From Chloroflexota bacterium (lineage in GTDB: Bacteria; Chloroflexota; Dehalococcoidia; SpSt-223): DNA of 64,000 nucleotides. Of the stretch, positions 46,957-56,262 are shown in pieces (the stretch's first letter is position 1; every line of letters starts with the position of its first letter). Under the pieces are notes generated by a model. That model saw only the letters and a list, made by a program, of their open reading frames with translations, ran no database searches and was not told the origin of the DNA. The stretch covers positions 1,660 through 65,659 of the forward strand of contig JAILZB010000001.1 of NCBI GenBank assembly GCA_023512725.1, read 5' to 3'. The position numbers and the translations under genes are program-made.

Positions 46957-47700
46957 TCAGGCCACTGGGTCGAGGCGCTGGAGGGCTGGTGGCAGCTCGG
47001 CCAGGGTCGCGATCTGGGCGTCGGGTGGCACGGGGGCGGGCTGGCCGCCGAGCAGGATGGCTCGCATCCCGGCCGCCTTGGCGCCTGCCACATCGGCGAC
47101 TGGGTTATCGCCGACGTGGACGATCTGAGCGGGAGGAAGGCCAAGCCGTTCGGCCGCCCGTTCGAACAGCTCCCGGCGCGGTTTGAGCAGCCCTTCTTCG
47201 TTGGAGAAAATGGTCACCGCGAAGCAGTCAAGCAGCCCGTAGGTCGATAGGAGACGCCGCATGGCGGCGCCAGGGGTCCGGCCGGTGTTACTGATCAGGC
47301 CGAGCCGATAGCCGTGCTGGGCTAGCCACTCGAGGACGGGGAAGGTGTGGGGGCCCGGCAGCGGCGGCGTCTCGTGGATCGGCTCAACGTAGGCGCGTTC
47401 GAGGGCGTCCCAGGTGGTAGCATCCAGGGTGGCGACCAGTCTCTCATCCAGGAGGCCGATCAAGATCTCGAGCTGGCGGCGGGTGGTCAGGTCGCGCTGT
47501 TCGCGCCAGATGACGTCGTACTGGTGGGCGGAACGCTCATAGGCAGCGGCGACGCGGGCTTCGTCCAGGTCGTCCCGCAGGTGGCTGAGGACGGCAGTCA
47601 TCCGCTCGATCCGGCGGCGCGAGCGCGCAGCACCCCGCTCGGGGGCGTCGTGGATCAGGGTCTCCCAGAGGTCAAAGGTCACCGCCTGGATCGCTGCCAT
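46957..47700 (-). CDS. HAD-superfamily hydrolase
   Basis: ATG 47700 behind GGAGAGG. MAAIQAVTFDLWETLI (motif I), ...LISNTG... (motif II), ...HVGDNPVADVAGA (motif IV). The 663-aa track ORF is an artefactual upstream extension. Confidence 0.85.
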   Translation of the reverse strand: MAAIQAVTFDLWETLIHDAPERGAARSRRRIERMTAVLSHLRDDLDEARVAAAYERSAHQYDVIWREQRDLTTRRQLEILIGLLDERLVATLDATTWDALERAYVEPIHETPPLPGPHTFPVLEWLAQHGYRLGLISNTGRTPGAAMRRLLSTYGLLDCFAVTIFSNEEGLLKPRRELFERAAERLGLPPAQIVHVGDNPVADVAGAKAAGMRAILLGGQPAPVPPDAQIATLAELPPALQRLDPVA

Positions 47701-47838
47701 CCTCTCCTCACCGACCAGTCTGTGAGAACGGTACTCGACCGCGCGGTGAAGCGACAGCCCCTCTCGCGTCTGGAGTGGACTCGCGCTATGGTAGTGGGAG
47801 CGCGCTGCCCGGTGGGGGCAATGGCGACGGGGTGACGA

Positions 47839-48432
47839 ATGGAGCAGCTCACTCCGGAACAGCGGAACTTCTATGCCCACACCCTGATCGAGGTGCGGCT
47901 GCGGGAGAGTGGGCTCTCGCTGGAGGAAGCGCATCGGCAGGCGCTGGAACGCCAGGGGATCCCCGGCGACGAGTACGCGGCCGTCCGCCTCTGCGAGCGC
48001 GAGCGGGTCCGACGCGAGTGGTTCCGCTTTACCAGCCGCCAACGGCTCTTCGCAGGAGTGCGGGAAGGGCTGCGCCCGCCGCCGTTCGAAACACCGCCAG
48101 CGGCCGCCGAGCCCGTCTTCTGCCTCCGCTGCGGCCGACCACTCCGGGCGGAAGTGAGCGCGGGCTATCCCATCTGGCGCTGTGAGGCCGGCGGCATGGA
48201 ATATTCGGTGGCCATGAGCGCTGCGCTCAACCGCGCGCTCCGTCAGCAACGCCGGTTGCCGCCAGCTCTCCTCCGCACGCCGGGGCCACTCGGGTGGTAC
48301 TGTCCCAATTGTGGGCTCGCGCTGGTCCCCTCCCCACTGGGTACGGATCCGTTGGGCTGCGAACGCTGCGGCTTCGAGCTTCCCCGCCTGCTGCGGGAAG
48401 AGGTGGTTGAGCTCAGTTGGCACGACCCCTAG
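47839..48432 (+). CDS. Hypothetical protein with two zinc-ribbon-like CxxC pairs
   Basis: 197 aa. FCLRCGRPL...WRCEAGG and YCPNCGLAL...GCERCGF. Coding-like composition. Confidence 0.6.
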   Translation: MEQLTPEQRNFYAHTLIEVRLRESGLSLEEAHRQALERQGIPGDEYAAVRLCERERVRREWFRFTSRQRLFAGVREGLRPPPFETPPAAAEPVFCLRCGRPLRAEVSAGYPIWRCEAGGMEYSVAMSAALNRALRQQRRLPPALLRTPGPLGWYCPNCGLALVPSPLGTDPLGCERCGFELPRLLREEVVELSWHDP

Positions 48433-48517
48433 GCACCCCGCCGCTGCTCGCGTTTTTGGATAGCTGCTATAGTCTCGGGTATCCGGTGGTCTGAGAAAAT
48501 TTCCTAGCGGAGGAACA

Positions 48518-50080
48518 ATGGGGAGTCGATGCTGCTGGACCCTGCTGCTCCTTGGCCTGGTCTGGGCAGTGGCCTGTACTCCGGCTGCATCGCCAGCGCC
48601 CGCAGCAATCCCAGCCGCCACGCCGCTTGCGGAGGTGGTGCTGACGGCAGCGGATGCTGGCCTACCGCCCAGTGCCAGCCCAGAAAGTGTGGCGGCCAAG
48701 ATGCATATCTTCGCCGCCCAGTTCGACTCCCTGATCGAGTTTGGCGAGAAGTTTGCCCTCCGGCCTGCGGTAGCCGAGCGATGGGAACTGTTGCCCGACG
48801 GTAGCGGGTGGCGCTTCTTCCTCCGGCGGGACATGAGCTTCTCGAACGGAGCACGGCTGACCGCGAGCGATGTCGAGTTCACGCTGAACCTCTTCTTGAC
48901 GACGCGGACCCAGCAACAGGCGATGATGCCGAACCTCACCCAGACCAAACGGGTCGATGATTACACGGTGGATCTCCTGACGCGGCAGCGCGACTACAGC
49001 ATCCTCTACGTTGCGCCGTACCTGTACATCTTCCCGCAGGCGTACTATCAGCAGGTCGGCCGGGATATCTTCGCTACCCGGCCGATCGGCAGCGGGCCCT
49101 ATGAGCTGGTGGAATACCGGCCTGCTGACCTGATGGTCTATCGGCGTCGCCCCGAGCCTCATCCGTACCGCGCCGTCGTGGCCCGTGAGATCCGCTGGCG
49201 GGCCGTTCCCGAAGCGACGGTTGCCCTGGCTGGGTTACGAACTGGGGAGATCGATATCGCCGTCGGGGCGTTCAGCGGTGACCAGGCGGACCAGGCACGA
49301 CGCGAAGGGTTGACGGTCGATGCGCAGCTCACGACCGTCCAGGCCCTGCGCTTCGACCGCAGCGCCATTGAGCGGAGCGCCTCCCCCCTGAAGGATATCC
49401 GGGTCCGTCAGGCGCTCAACTATGCCATTGATAAAGAAGCGATTGCGCGCACGATCTACCGCGGCTACGCCCAGCCGATTGGCCAGATTGCCCCGCCCGG
49501 CAGCCTGCTCTACGATGATGCCCTCAAGCCCTACCCGTATGACCCCGGGAAGGCGAAGCAGCTGCTCGCGGAAGCCGGCTACCCCAATGGGTTCAAGGTC
49601 CAGGGCCCGATCGACTACACCCGGGCGTTTTTCCAGCCTGCCCTGCTCCAGGCAGCGCAGAGCTACTTTCGTGATATCGGAGTACAGGCTGAGATCGAAG
49701 AGCATGAGTTCGGAGTCTGGGTCGATATCTTCACCGCTCGCGGGGTCCGGCCACGGAACGAGATGATCGCCAGTAACCAGAGCGACGCCAACGGCTTCTT
49801 CTCCCTGCAACGCGGGCTGATGACCTGCCAGCAGCCGCCGCAGAACGTCCTCTGGTGCGTGCCAGGCTTCGACGAGAACTACAGCGCGGCCCAGGCCGAG
49901 CCCGACCCGGCTCGGCGGGCGGCCTTCCTCCGTGCGGCCAACAAGGCGTACGTCGACGAGGTGGCCATGGTGTTCCTGCTGGTGGTGCCGACCGTCACGC
50001 TCGCCTCGCCGAAGGTGCAGGGGCTGACCCTCGCCACGCCCTTTTTCTGGAACCTCGACCGGGTGAGCAAGCGCGCCTGA
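48518..50080 (+). CDS. ABC transporter substrate-binding lipoprotein, family 5 (peptide/nickel type)
   Basis: Lipobox-like VWAVAC. ...RPIGSGPYELVEY...LNYAIDKEAIA...AEAGYPNGFK.... Confidence 0.9.
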   Translation: MGSRCCWTLLLLGLVWAVACTPAASPAPAAIPAATPLAEVVLTAADAGLPPSASPESVAAKMHIFAAQFDSLIEFGEKFALRPAVAERWELLPDGSGWRFFLRRDMSFSNGARLTASDVEFTLNLFLTTRTQQQAMMPNLTQTKRVDDYTVDLLTRQRDYSILYVAPYLYIFPQAYYQQVGRDIFATRPIGSGPYELVEYRPADLMVYRRRPEPHPYRAVVAREIRWRAVPEATVALAGLRTGEIDIAVGAFSGDQADQARREGLTVDAQLTTVQALRFDRSAIERSASPLKDIRVRQALNYAIDKEAIARTIYRGYAQPIGQIAPPGSLLYDDALKPYPYDPGKAKQLLAEAGYPNGFKVQGPIDYTRAFFQPALLQAAQSYFRDIGVQAEIEEHEFGVWVDIFTARGVRPRNEMIASNQSDANGFFSLQRGLMTCQQPPQNVLWCVPGFDENYSAAQAEPDPARRAAFLRAANKAYVDEVAMVFLLVVPTVTLASPKVQGLTLATPFFWNLDRVSKRA

Positions 50081-50163
50081 GCCAGCCCTTGAAAAGATTG
50101 ACAGGCTCAGCTGCCTCTCCCAACAATGCGGTCAGGGCTGCAACGAGAGCCGAGGGAGGCGAG

Positions 50164-51744
50164 ATGCGTTCGCGTTCGTTCCGTGCGCTGATAGTCCTGG
50201 CCCTGAGCGCGGTCGCTTGCGCTCCCACCACGCCGACTGGCGCCCCCCAAGTTCCGACGGTGCCGGCTGAGCAGCGGGATGAGCAGCAGATCTTGCGGGT
50301 CGCGGTTGGGGTCATGATCGGGAACCCGACCCCCCAGGCTTCCCGCACCAACCTCTATCAGTACTGGCCACTCTACGATACCCTGACGACCTTTGGTCCT
50401 CAGTATGAGGTCCGCCCCTGGGTCGCACAACGTTGGGAAGTCTCGCCCGATGGCCTGAACTGGACCTTTACCTTGCGCTCCGATGTCAAGTTTGCCAATG
50501 GTGACCCCCTCACGGCGGAGGATGTCGCCTTCACGATCAACGAGATCTTCGAGAAGCGCTGGCCGCAGGTCTCGTATCTGGGCAATGTGACTGAGGCCGT
50601 GGCGGTCACCCCGACGGTGGTGCGGCTGCGGCTCTCGGCGCCGAACGCCGCCATCCCAAATGGCGGCCCGTTCATCTGGATCCTGCCGAAGAAGTACTAC
50701 CAGGCGGTCGGCTTCGATGGCTTTTTGGCCAAGCCGATCGGCTCGGGGCCGTATGAGCTGGTCAGTTTCCAGCAGGCTAGTCAGATCATCTACCGCAAGC
50801 GGAGCGAACCGCATGCCTTCCGCACCCCGATCGCCACTGAGATCCAGATCCGGCTGATCCCCGAGACGATCCAGATGATCAACGGGCTCCAGCAAGGGGA
50901 AATTGACATCGCGATTGGAGGCTTCTCGGGGGACCAGGCCAACCAGCTCAAGCAGCGCGACCAGGTGGTGCGCTCCTACCTCAATACCTCCGCTCAGGTT
51001 GCGATTCCCCAGGGGTCGTATGAGCTGCGCGACACCCCCCTCAAGGACAAGCGGGTGCGCCTAGCGCTCAACTACGCGGTGAATAAAGAGGCGATCGCGA
51101 GCGGGCTCTACGGTGGCTACGCCGAGCCGACCGGGCAGGTGGCAGTGCCCGACACCGATTACTGGGACCCCAATGCTCGCCCGATCCCCTACGACGTGGC
51201 GATGGCGAAGCGGTTGCTGGCCGAGGCGGGCTACCCGAATGGCTTCAAGCTGCCCGCTGGCCTCGACTACTCGACCGGTCGCGGCGAGCAGAACTATCTG
51301 GTCGCCGTCCAGGCCGACCTCAAGGCGGTGGGGGTCGAAGTGGATCTGATCCCGAACGAGGAGAGCGTCTTCGTCGACAAAGCCTACGGGCGGCGAGACC
51401 TGCCGAAAGGGGACCTCTGGAGCGGGAGTAACGCTGAGGACAACGGCTTCTTCACCGGGCTGCGCACCTTCTACGGCTGTGATAAGCCAACTGGCGCCCC
51501 GCGTCGGGCGATGCTCTACTGCAACCCCGAGTGGGACCGGCTGATGGACCAGGCCTACGCCGAGGCCGACCTCGCGCGACGGCGCCAACTCTTCCTGCAG
51601 GCGAACCGGGTCTTCCGGGAGGATGTGCTGGTCATCTACACCGTCAGCCGCTCGACCTTCATCGTCCACACGCCGAAGGTCAAGGGCCTTGAGGTGCCCA
51701 CCCCGAACAGCTACCAATTTGACAGCGTCTATAAGGTCAAGTAG
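50164..51744 (+). CDS. ABC transporter substrate-binding lipoprotein, family 5 (paralogue of the preceding gene)
   Basis: ATG behind GGGAGGCGAG. Lipobox LSAVAC. Shares KPIGSGPYELVSF, GEIDIAIGGFSGDQANQ, LNYAVNKEAIA and AEAGYPNGFK with its neighbour. Confidence 0.9.
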   Translation: MRSRSFRALIVLALSAVACAPTTPTGAPQVPTVPAEQRDEQQILRVAVGVMIGNPTPQASRTNLYQYWPLYDTLTTFGPQYEVRPWVAQRWEVSPDGLNWTFTLRSDVKFANGDPLTAEDVAFTINEIFEKRWPQVSYLGNVTEAVAVTPTVVRLRLSAPNAAIPNGGPFIWILPKKYYQAVGFDGFLAKPIGSGPYELVSFQQASQIIYRKRSEPHAFRTPIATEIQIRLIPETIQMINGLQQGEIDIAIGGFSGDQANQLKQRDQVVRSYLNTSAQVAIPQGSYELRDTPLKDKRVRLALNYAVNKEAIASGLYGGYAEPTGQVAVPDTDYWDPNARPIPYDVAMAKRLLAEAGYPNGFKLPAGLDYSTGRGEQNYLVAVQADLKAVGVEVDLIPNEESVFVDKAYGRRDLPKGDLWSGSNAEDNGFFTGLRTFYGCDKPTGAPRRAMLYCNPEWDRLMDQAYAEADLARRRQLFLQANRVFREDVLVIYTVSRSTFIVHTPKVKGLEVPTPNSYQFDSVYKVK

Positions 51745-52047
51745 CGCCTCCCTGCTCGCAGCGGACGGGCGACGAGCGAGGACCGGGAGACGTGAACACG
51801 GTGCAGCTTCGCTCTCCTCCAGCGGGAGGGTGAGCTTGCACAAGGCCGCTGCCCTCCGCGGGAACCCGGCGCACCTGCGGAGGGTCGTAGTGTGCTCCTC
51901 AGTTGCGGGGCGGTGGAGGAGTGCTCTTCTGCTTTAGCCAGCGTCTGCTCCTGGTCGCTCGCTGCTCGGCAAGGAGGGTACGAGAGGGACCGTGCATCGC
52001 CGCGGGGGAAGAGGCAGTGCCCACGGGCGCTCGACCCTGGCCCGCCT

Positions 52048-53784
52048 TCACGGGCGTGGCGCGGGCTGAGGGGCAACGAGGGGGGCGTGGAGTTCCACCC
52101 GCCGACTGCGCAGGGCATCGGTCTTGGGCACCATCTGCTTGTTCCGGCTGGCAACGGGGTCGACACGCTGGAGGATAAACGTCTCGAGCGCTGGCGAAGA
52201 TTCCGCCACCTCGACCGGGTTCAAGCGCCCACGCCAGGGCACGGGAAAGCGGGGGACCGTGGCGATGATCGCGCCGCGTGCGACTGGCGAGTCGGCCCGG
52301 TTTGCAGCCAGGATGGTCAGGTGGTTCTCGGCGGCGCGCTCCCGGAGGGCCAGGCGGGGCTCCCACTCCACCCGCCAGCAGGCCGGATAGGCGATCAGGT
52401 CAGCGCCGAGGCAGGCGAGGCAGCGGGCCGATTCCAGAAAGAGGCCGTCGTAGCCGGCGAGCAGCCCGATCCGCCCAAGCGGGGTGTCGACGGTCACCCA
52501 GCGGTCGCCAGGGGTAGCCCAGGCGCGGTCCGGCTGCCGCAGGTGGACCTGGCGGTAGCGGCCAAGCTCGCCGCTCGGCCCGATCAGCCAGACGGTGTGG
52601 AAGTAGCGGCCCGCCTCCTCCTCGACCAGCGAGGTCACGACCATCACCTCCCGGGCCGCCGCCAGGGCCGTGAGGCGCTGGAGGACCTCCCGGCTCACCT
52701 GGGCGGCGCGCGCTGGGTCGGCAGCAACCGCGCCGGGGAGGAAGGGATACAGCTCGGGCAGGACGATCAGCCGCGCACCACGGTCCGCGGCCTCTTCGCT
52801 CACATCCAGGCCGCGCAATACGGCATACTCGGGGTTCGGGTCACAGACGGTCTGGAGCGCCGCCGCGAAGAAGGGCTCGACCGCAGTCGTGTTCGGCGAG
52901 ACGTTGGCAGGCAGCGATTCCGTTGGCAGGGCGAGCAGGCCGTAGAGATCCGGGCGGCGGTCGGCCAGCAGGTCCCCTTCGCCGGGGATGTGCTTGTCGT
53001 CTGCTTCGCTGGGGTCGATATCCGCGTAGACGATCCCCTCGACCCGCCAGCCACCCTTGGCTAGGACCCGGCCGGAGGGGTGGACGATCTGGGATTCGCC
53101 GGGGGCGTGCCGTAGATGCTCGGCCATGGGAACGCGCCGCCACATCTCCGCTGGCCAGTGGAGGGGCACCAGCGGGCCGCTTTTGCAGCTCGAGACCATA
53201 AAGACATGGTTCTCGACGGCGCGTGTTGGCACGTGGAGGGCGCCTTCATCACGGGCGTTGGAGCTCAAGGAGTCCAGCACGATCTGGGCGCCTTTGAGGG
53301 CAACGGTCCGCGCCGTTTCGGGGAGAACGCCATCCATGCAGGTCACAAATCCGATCCGGCCGAGCTCGGTCGCGATCACCTCTGGCTCACGGTCGTCCCG
53401 AGTGATGAAGTCGTTCTCTGCCCCGATGAGCACCTTCTTGCGGACGGTCGCGACCACAGTGCCGGTGCGGTCGATCAGATAGCTCTGGCCGTAGACGGCT
53501 GGCCGTGGTCCCCGGGTGGAGGCGTTGAACGCCACCCAGATGCCGCGCTGGCGGGCCCGCTCGCGGATGGCACCCACCCAGGGGCCCTCCGGGTCGACTG
53601 CCACCTCCCAGCAGTGTTCCTGGTCGCGGTAGGCTGAGGGGTGGTTCGCGAACTCAGGGAAAAGTACGAGGTCCGCCCCCGTTGCTGCTGCCGCATCGAT
53701 CCAGCGGAGGAGAGCGAGCAAGTTCGCTTCGCGGTCATCTCCCACCTCGTACTGCGTGGTAGCGATCCGAACGCGCTGGCCCAT
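52048..53784 (-). CDS. Tandem carbon-nitrogen hydrolase (nitrilase-superfamily) protein; the second domain is catalytically degenerate
   Basis: ATG 53784 behind GGAGGA. Domain 1 has LVLFPEF / VRKKVL / GFVTCMDG (Glu-Lys-Cys). Domain 2 has LIVLPEL / YRQVHL / GLLAGYDG (Lys to Gln, Cys to Gly). Confidence 0.85.
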   Translation of the reverse strand: MGQRVRIATTQYEVGDDREANLLALLRWIDAAAATGADLVLFPEFANHPSAYRDQEHCWEVAVDPEGPWVGAIRERARQRGIWVAFNASTRGPRPAVYGQSYLIDRTGTVVATVRKKVLIGAENDFITRDDREPEVIATELGRIGFVTCMDGVLPETARTVALKGAQIVLDSLSSNARDEGALHVPTRAVENHVFMVSSCKSGPLVPLHWPAEMWRRVPMAEHLRHAPGESQIVHPSGRVLAKGGWRVEGIVYADIDPSEADDKHIPGEGDLLADRRPDLYGLLALPTESLPANVSPNTTAVEPFFAAALQTVCDPNPEYAVLRGLDVSEEAADRGARLIVLPELYPFLPGAVAADPARAAQVSREVLQRLTALAAAREVMVVTSLVEEEAGRYFHTVWLIGPSGELGRYRQVHLRQPDRAWATPGDRWVTVDTPLGRIGLLAGYDGLFLESARCLACLGADLIAYPACWRVEWEPRLALRERAAENHLTILAANRADSPVARGAIIATVPRFPVPWRGRLNPVEVAESSPALETFILQRVDPVASRNKQMVPKTDALRSRRVELHAPLVAPQPAPRP

Positions 53785-53891
53785 AGCTTCCTCCGTGGGC
53801 ATCCTATCCCGTTGCGCGAGGCCCGGCAAGCGCAGGCTGGTGCTGGGCTGCTCCCTCCTCCCGCGGTCGGCTGCTCGAGCAGGTCCAGGAG

Positions 53892-55082
53892 CTAGCCCGG
53901 TACCCAGCCGCTGGCGGCCTCGGCCAGGCGCTCCCGTCGCTCCAGCAGGCTGCTGCCCACCGCCCACCAGGAGGGGTCGCCGTGGTCGCGGTGCCAGACC
54001 CAGTGCTCGACCCCCCAGAGCAGGATCTCGGGAAAGCCGAATGCTGCCAACCGTGCTAGGAGGGGCGCGATGTCCTGGGGGCCGAAGCTAGGCGTCTCGA
54101 ACTGCCGATAGACCTTCTCGCCCGGCTCCCACGGCTTGGCCTGGCACTCCGCGATCATGACCCGCTTGCCCGCTGCCCGCACCGCATCGCGCCAGGCGAG
54201 CAGCACGGCGTAGTCCTCCGGGTCGCGGGCGTGCAGATACGAGGGGATGCCGAACAGGTGCCAGCCGATGTGGGGGTAAATATCGAGCCCGATCAGGTCG
54301 GCGAGGGCGATCAGGGCGCGCTCGGAGCGCCAGCCAAAGAGGGGAGTGGTGACGGGCCGGGCCGTGAGCCGCCATTGCAGCTCCTGCAGGCCGGTAACCA
54401 GCCGGTGGCTCGCGACGTAGCTGGTGAGCAGCAAGGGGCGCGCGAGGCGGTCGGCCGCGCGGACAATGTCGACCTGGGTCCGCAGATACGGCTCATCGAG
54501 CGTCCAGCCATGCTCGGTCAGGACAGGCTCGAACGGCTCATTCTCGACCTGGAAGACGGCGATGCCCGAAGCGCTGGCGTAGCGCTCAACGACCGTGCGG
54601 GTGAAGAGATGGGCCCGCTCGGCCAGGCGTGGGTCGCGCGTGATCAGGCCGGTGGGGGGCAACCAGATCGTTTCGTGGACCCACCAGGGCAGGTGATACT
54701 CGGGCCAGACAGGAGCCTTCATACCGACCGTCAGGATGACCGGCAGGCCGCGCCGTTCGGCAGCCTCAAGGTAGGGCTCGAGCTGCTCCCAGGCGAACTC
54801 GCCTGGTCGCGGTTCGAGTGCGTTCCAGTAGGCGCCAAGCCGCAGCAGGTCCAGATTGAGTGTCAGGACCGCCGCAAGCGCCTTGGCCGGGTCGAGGTCC
54901 ATGTAGCCGGCTTCCAGCGGGCTGAACGTGGCGCCGAGACGAAGGTCCGACCAGGAGACCGGGGGGACGGTAACGAGCTGGGGCTCCGCGACAGCGGGGG
55001 GCCAGAGGAAGGGCGCGGCCAGGTCTAAGGCGAGCAGGCCACCCGCTGCACCCAGGAGGGTGCGACGGCTGATCCGCTTCAT
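53892..55082 (-). CDS. Tat-exported clan GH-A (TIM-barrel, GH5/GH42-like) glycoside hydrolase
   Basis: MKRISRRTLLGAAGGLLAL (twin-arginine signal). ...YWNALEPRPGEFAW..., ...VFQVENEPFEP... (NEP acid/base motif). Confidence 0.7.
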   Translation of the reverse strand: MKRISRRTLLGAAGGLLALDLAAPFLWPPAVAEPQLVTVPPVSWSDLRLGATFSPLEAGYMDLDPAKALAAVLTLNLDLLRLGAYWNALEPRPGEFAWEQLEPYLEAAERRGLPVILTVGMKAPVWPEYHLPWWVHETIWLPPTGLITRDPRLAERAHLFTRTVVERYASASGIAVFQVENEPFEPVLTEHGWTLDEPYLRTQVDIVRAADRLARPLLLTSYVASHRLVTGLQELQWRLTARPVTTPLFGWRSERALIALADLIGLDIYPHIGWHLFGIPSYLHARDPEDYAVLLAWRDAVRAAGKRVMIAECQAKPWEPGEKVYRQFETPSFGPQDIAPLLARLAAFGFPEILLWGVEHWVWHRDHGDPSWWAVGSSLLERRERLAEAASGWVPG

Positions 55083-56197
55083 CCGGCGATCGCTCCGAGG
55101 ATCACCGCCGCCGCCCGCTCAGCAGCATCCGGTCTCCCCAGCCGCTGGGCTGCTGCGGTCAGGCGGGCGAGCTCATCGGGCTCCTGCACCAGCCGGCGAA
55201 CGGCCTGGGCGACGTGGGCCGGCGTGCGGGTGATGTACCCGGCGCCCTGCCGCGCCACAAAGCGGTCGTTGCCCTGCTCCTGGCCGGGTAGCACCTGGGT
55301 GATCAGCATCGGCTTGCCGGCTGCCAGGCATTCCACGATCGATTGGGGGCCGCCTTTCGTAATGACGAGATCGCTCGCCTGGATCAGGTCGGGCATGTTG
55401 GTCACGAATCCGAAGACCCGGGTGGGAGTGAAGAGTGGCAGCGCTTCGATCTGGGCGCGGGCGCGCGCGTTCCGCCCAGTGACGACCACGAGCTGGACGG
55501 GCAAACTGGCCTGGTCAATCAGATTGACGAGGGCCGGAAGCTGCCCCGAGCCCTCGCCTCCGCTCATCAGCAGGATGGTAAAGCGCTGGGGGTCGAGCCC
55601 GAGCCGAGCGCGCAGGGTGCTGCGCTCGACGGAGGTGGCGAATGCCCGCCCGACCGGGATCCCGGTCTCGACGATCCGCTCGGCAGGCACGCCGTACTGG
55701 CGTAACAGTGTGGCCCCCTCGGCGGAAGGCGCTGTGTACATCCGCACCCCAGGGACAACCCAGCTCCGATGGAAGCGCACCAGGTCCGGGATGACCACCA
55801 CGACGGGTGTCTCCAGCCCTTCGGCGCGCACGGCCCGCAGCATCGGCCGGACCACCAGGGCATGGACGCACGTGATCACCGCTGGTTGGTAGCGGCGGAG
55901 CAGCCAGCGCCCACGGCGTACCAACAGCCCGTTCTCCACCCAGGAGAGGAGGCGGACCATCGGTGGGTGGTTGCTGAGGTAGTAGGCCGCGCCGTACAGC
56001 CAGGGTGCGTGGCGGATCACGGGTCCATAGCTGAACACCAGCCGGTCGGCCAGGGTGCGGCGTTTCCCCAGCGCGAACAGGTCCACGATCGGCGCCTCGA
56101 TCGCGGGGGTATGGGCCTGGAGTGCCTCGGCCAGCGCTTGGCAGACGGCCCGGTGGCCGCCGCCGGTGTCCGACATTACCAGGAGCACGGTCGTCAT
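55079..56197 (-). CDS. MGDG-synthase-like GT28 glycosyltransferase (diacylglycerol glycosyltransferase, UgtP/MGDG family)
   Basis: VLLVMSDTGGGHRAVCQALAEAL is the MGDG_synth N-terminal hallmark, followed by a GT28 C-terminal domain. ATGA overlap with the downstream glycosidase. Confidence 0.8.
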   Translation of the reverse strand: MTTVLLVMSDTGGGHRAVCQALAEALQAHTPAIEAPIVDLFALGKRRTLADRLVFSYGPVIRHAPWLYGAAYYLSNHPPMVRLLSWVENGLLVRRGRWLLRRYQPAVITCVHALVVRPMLRAVRAEGLETPVVVVIPDLVRFHRSWVVPGVRMYTAPSAEGATLLRQYGVPAERIVETGIPVGRAFATSVERSTLRARLGLDPQRFTILLMSGGEGSGQLPALVNLIDQASLPVQLVVVTGRNARARAQIEALPLFTPTRVFGFVTNMPDLIQASDLVITKGGPQSIVECLAAGKPMLITQVLPGQEQGNDRFVARQGAGYITRTPAHVAQAVRRLVQEPDELARLTAAAQRLGRPDAAERAAAVILGAIAG

Positions 56198-56262
56198 CGG
56201 AGATGAGTATAGCGAGTGGTCGCGGTCGCCTTGCCCTCCGCGCAGAAGCAGAAGACGCTCAC

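Noticed and set aside
46957-48948. 663-aa reverse-strand ORF
   Set aside because: Only the last 247 aa (from ATG 47700, with RBS) look like a protein, a HAD hydrolase. The upstream 416 aa are low-complexity Arg/Ala/Pro read-through typical of stop-poor GC-rich DNA. They overlap a well-supported + strand gene (47839..48432) and the start of an SBP gene.
51745-52047. Hidden small gene or strong terminator in the 300-nt convergent gap after the second SBP gene
   Set aside because: The ORFs here (51729..52166 and 51623..51937) have non-protein-like Arg/Pro/Ser composition. I saw only weak hairpins without U-tracts. Nothing supportable.
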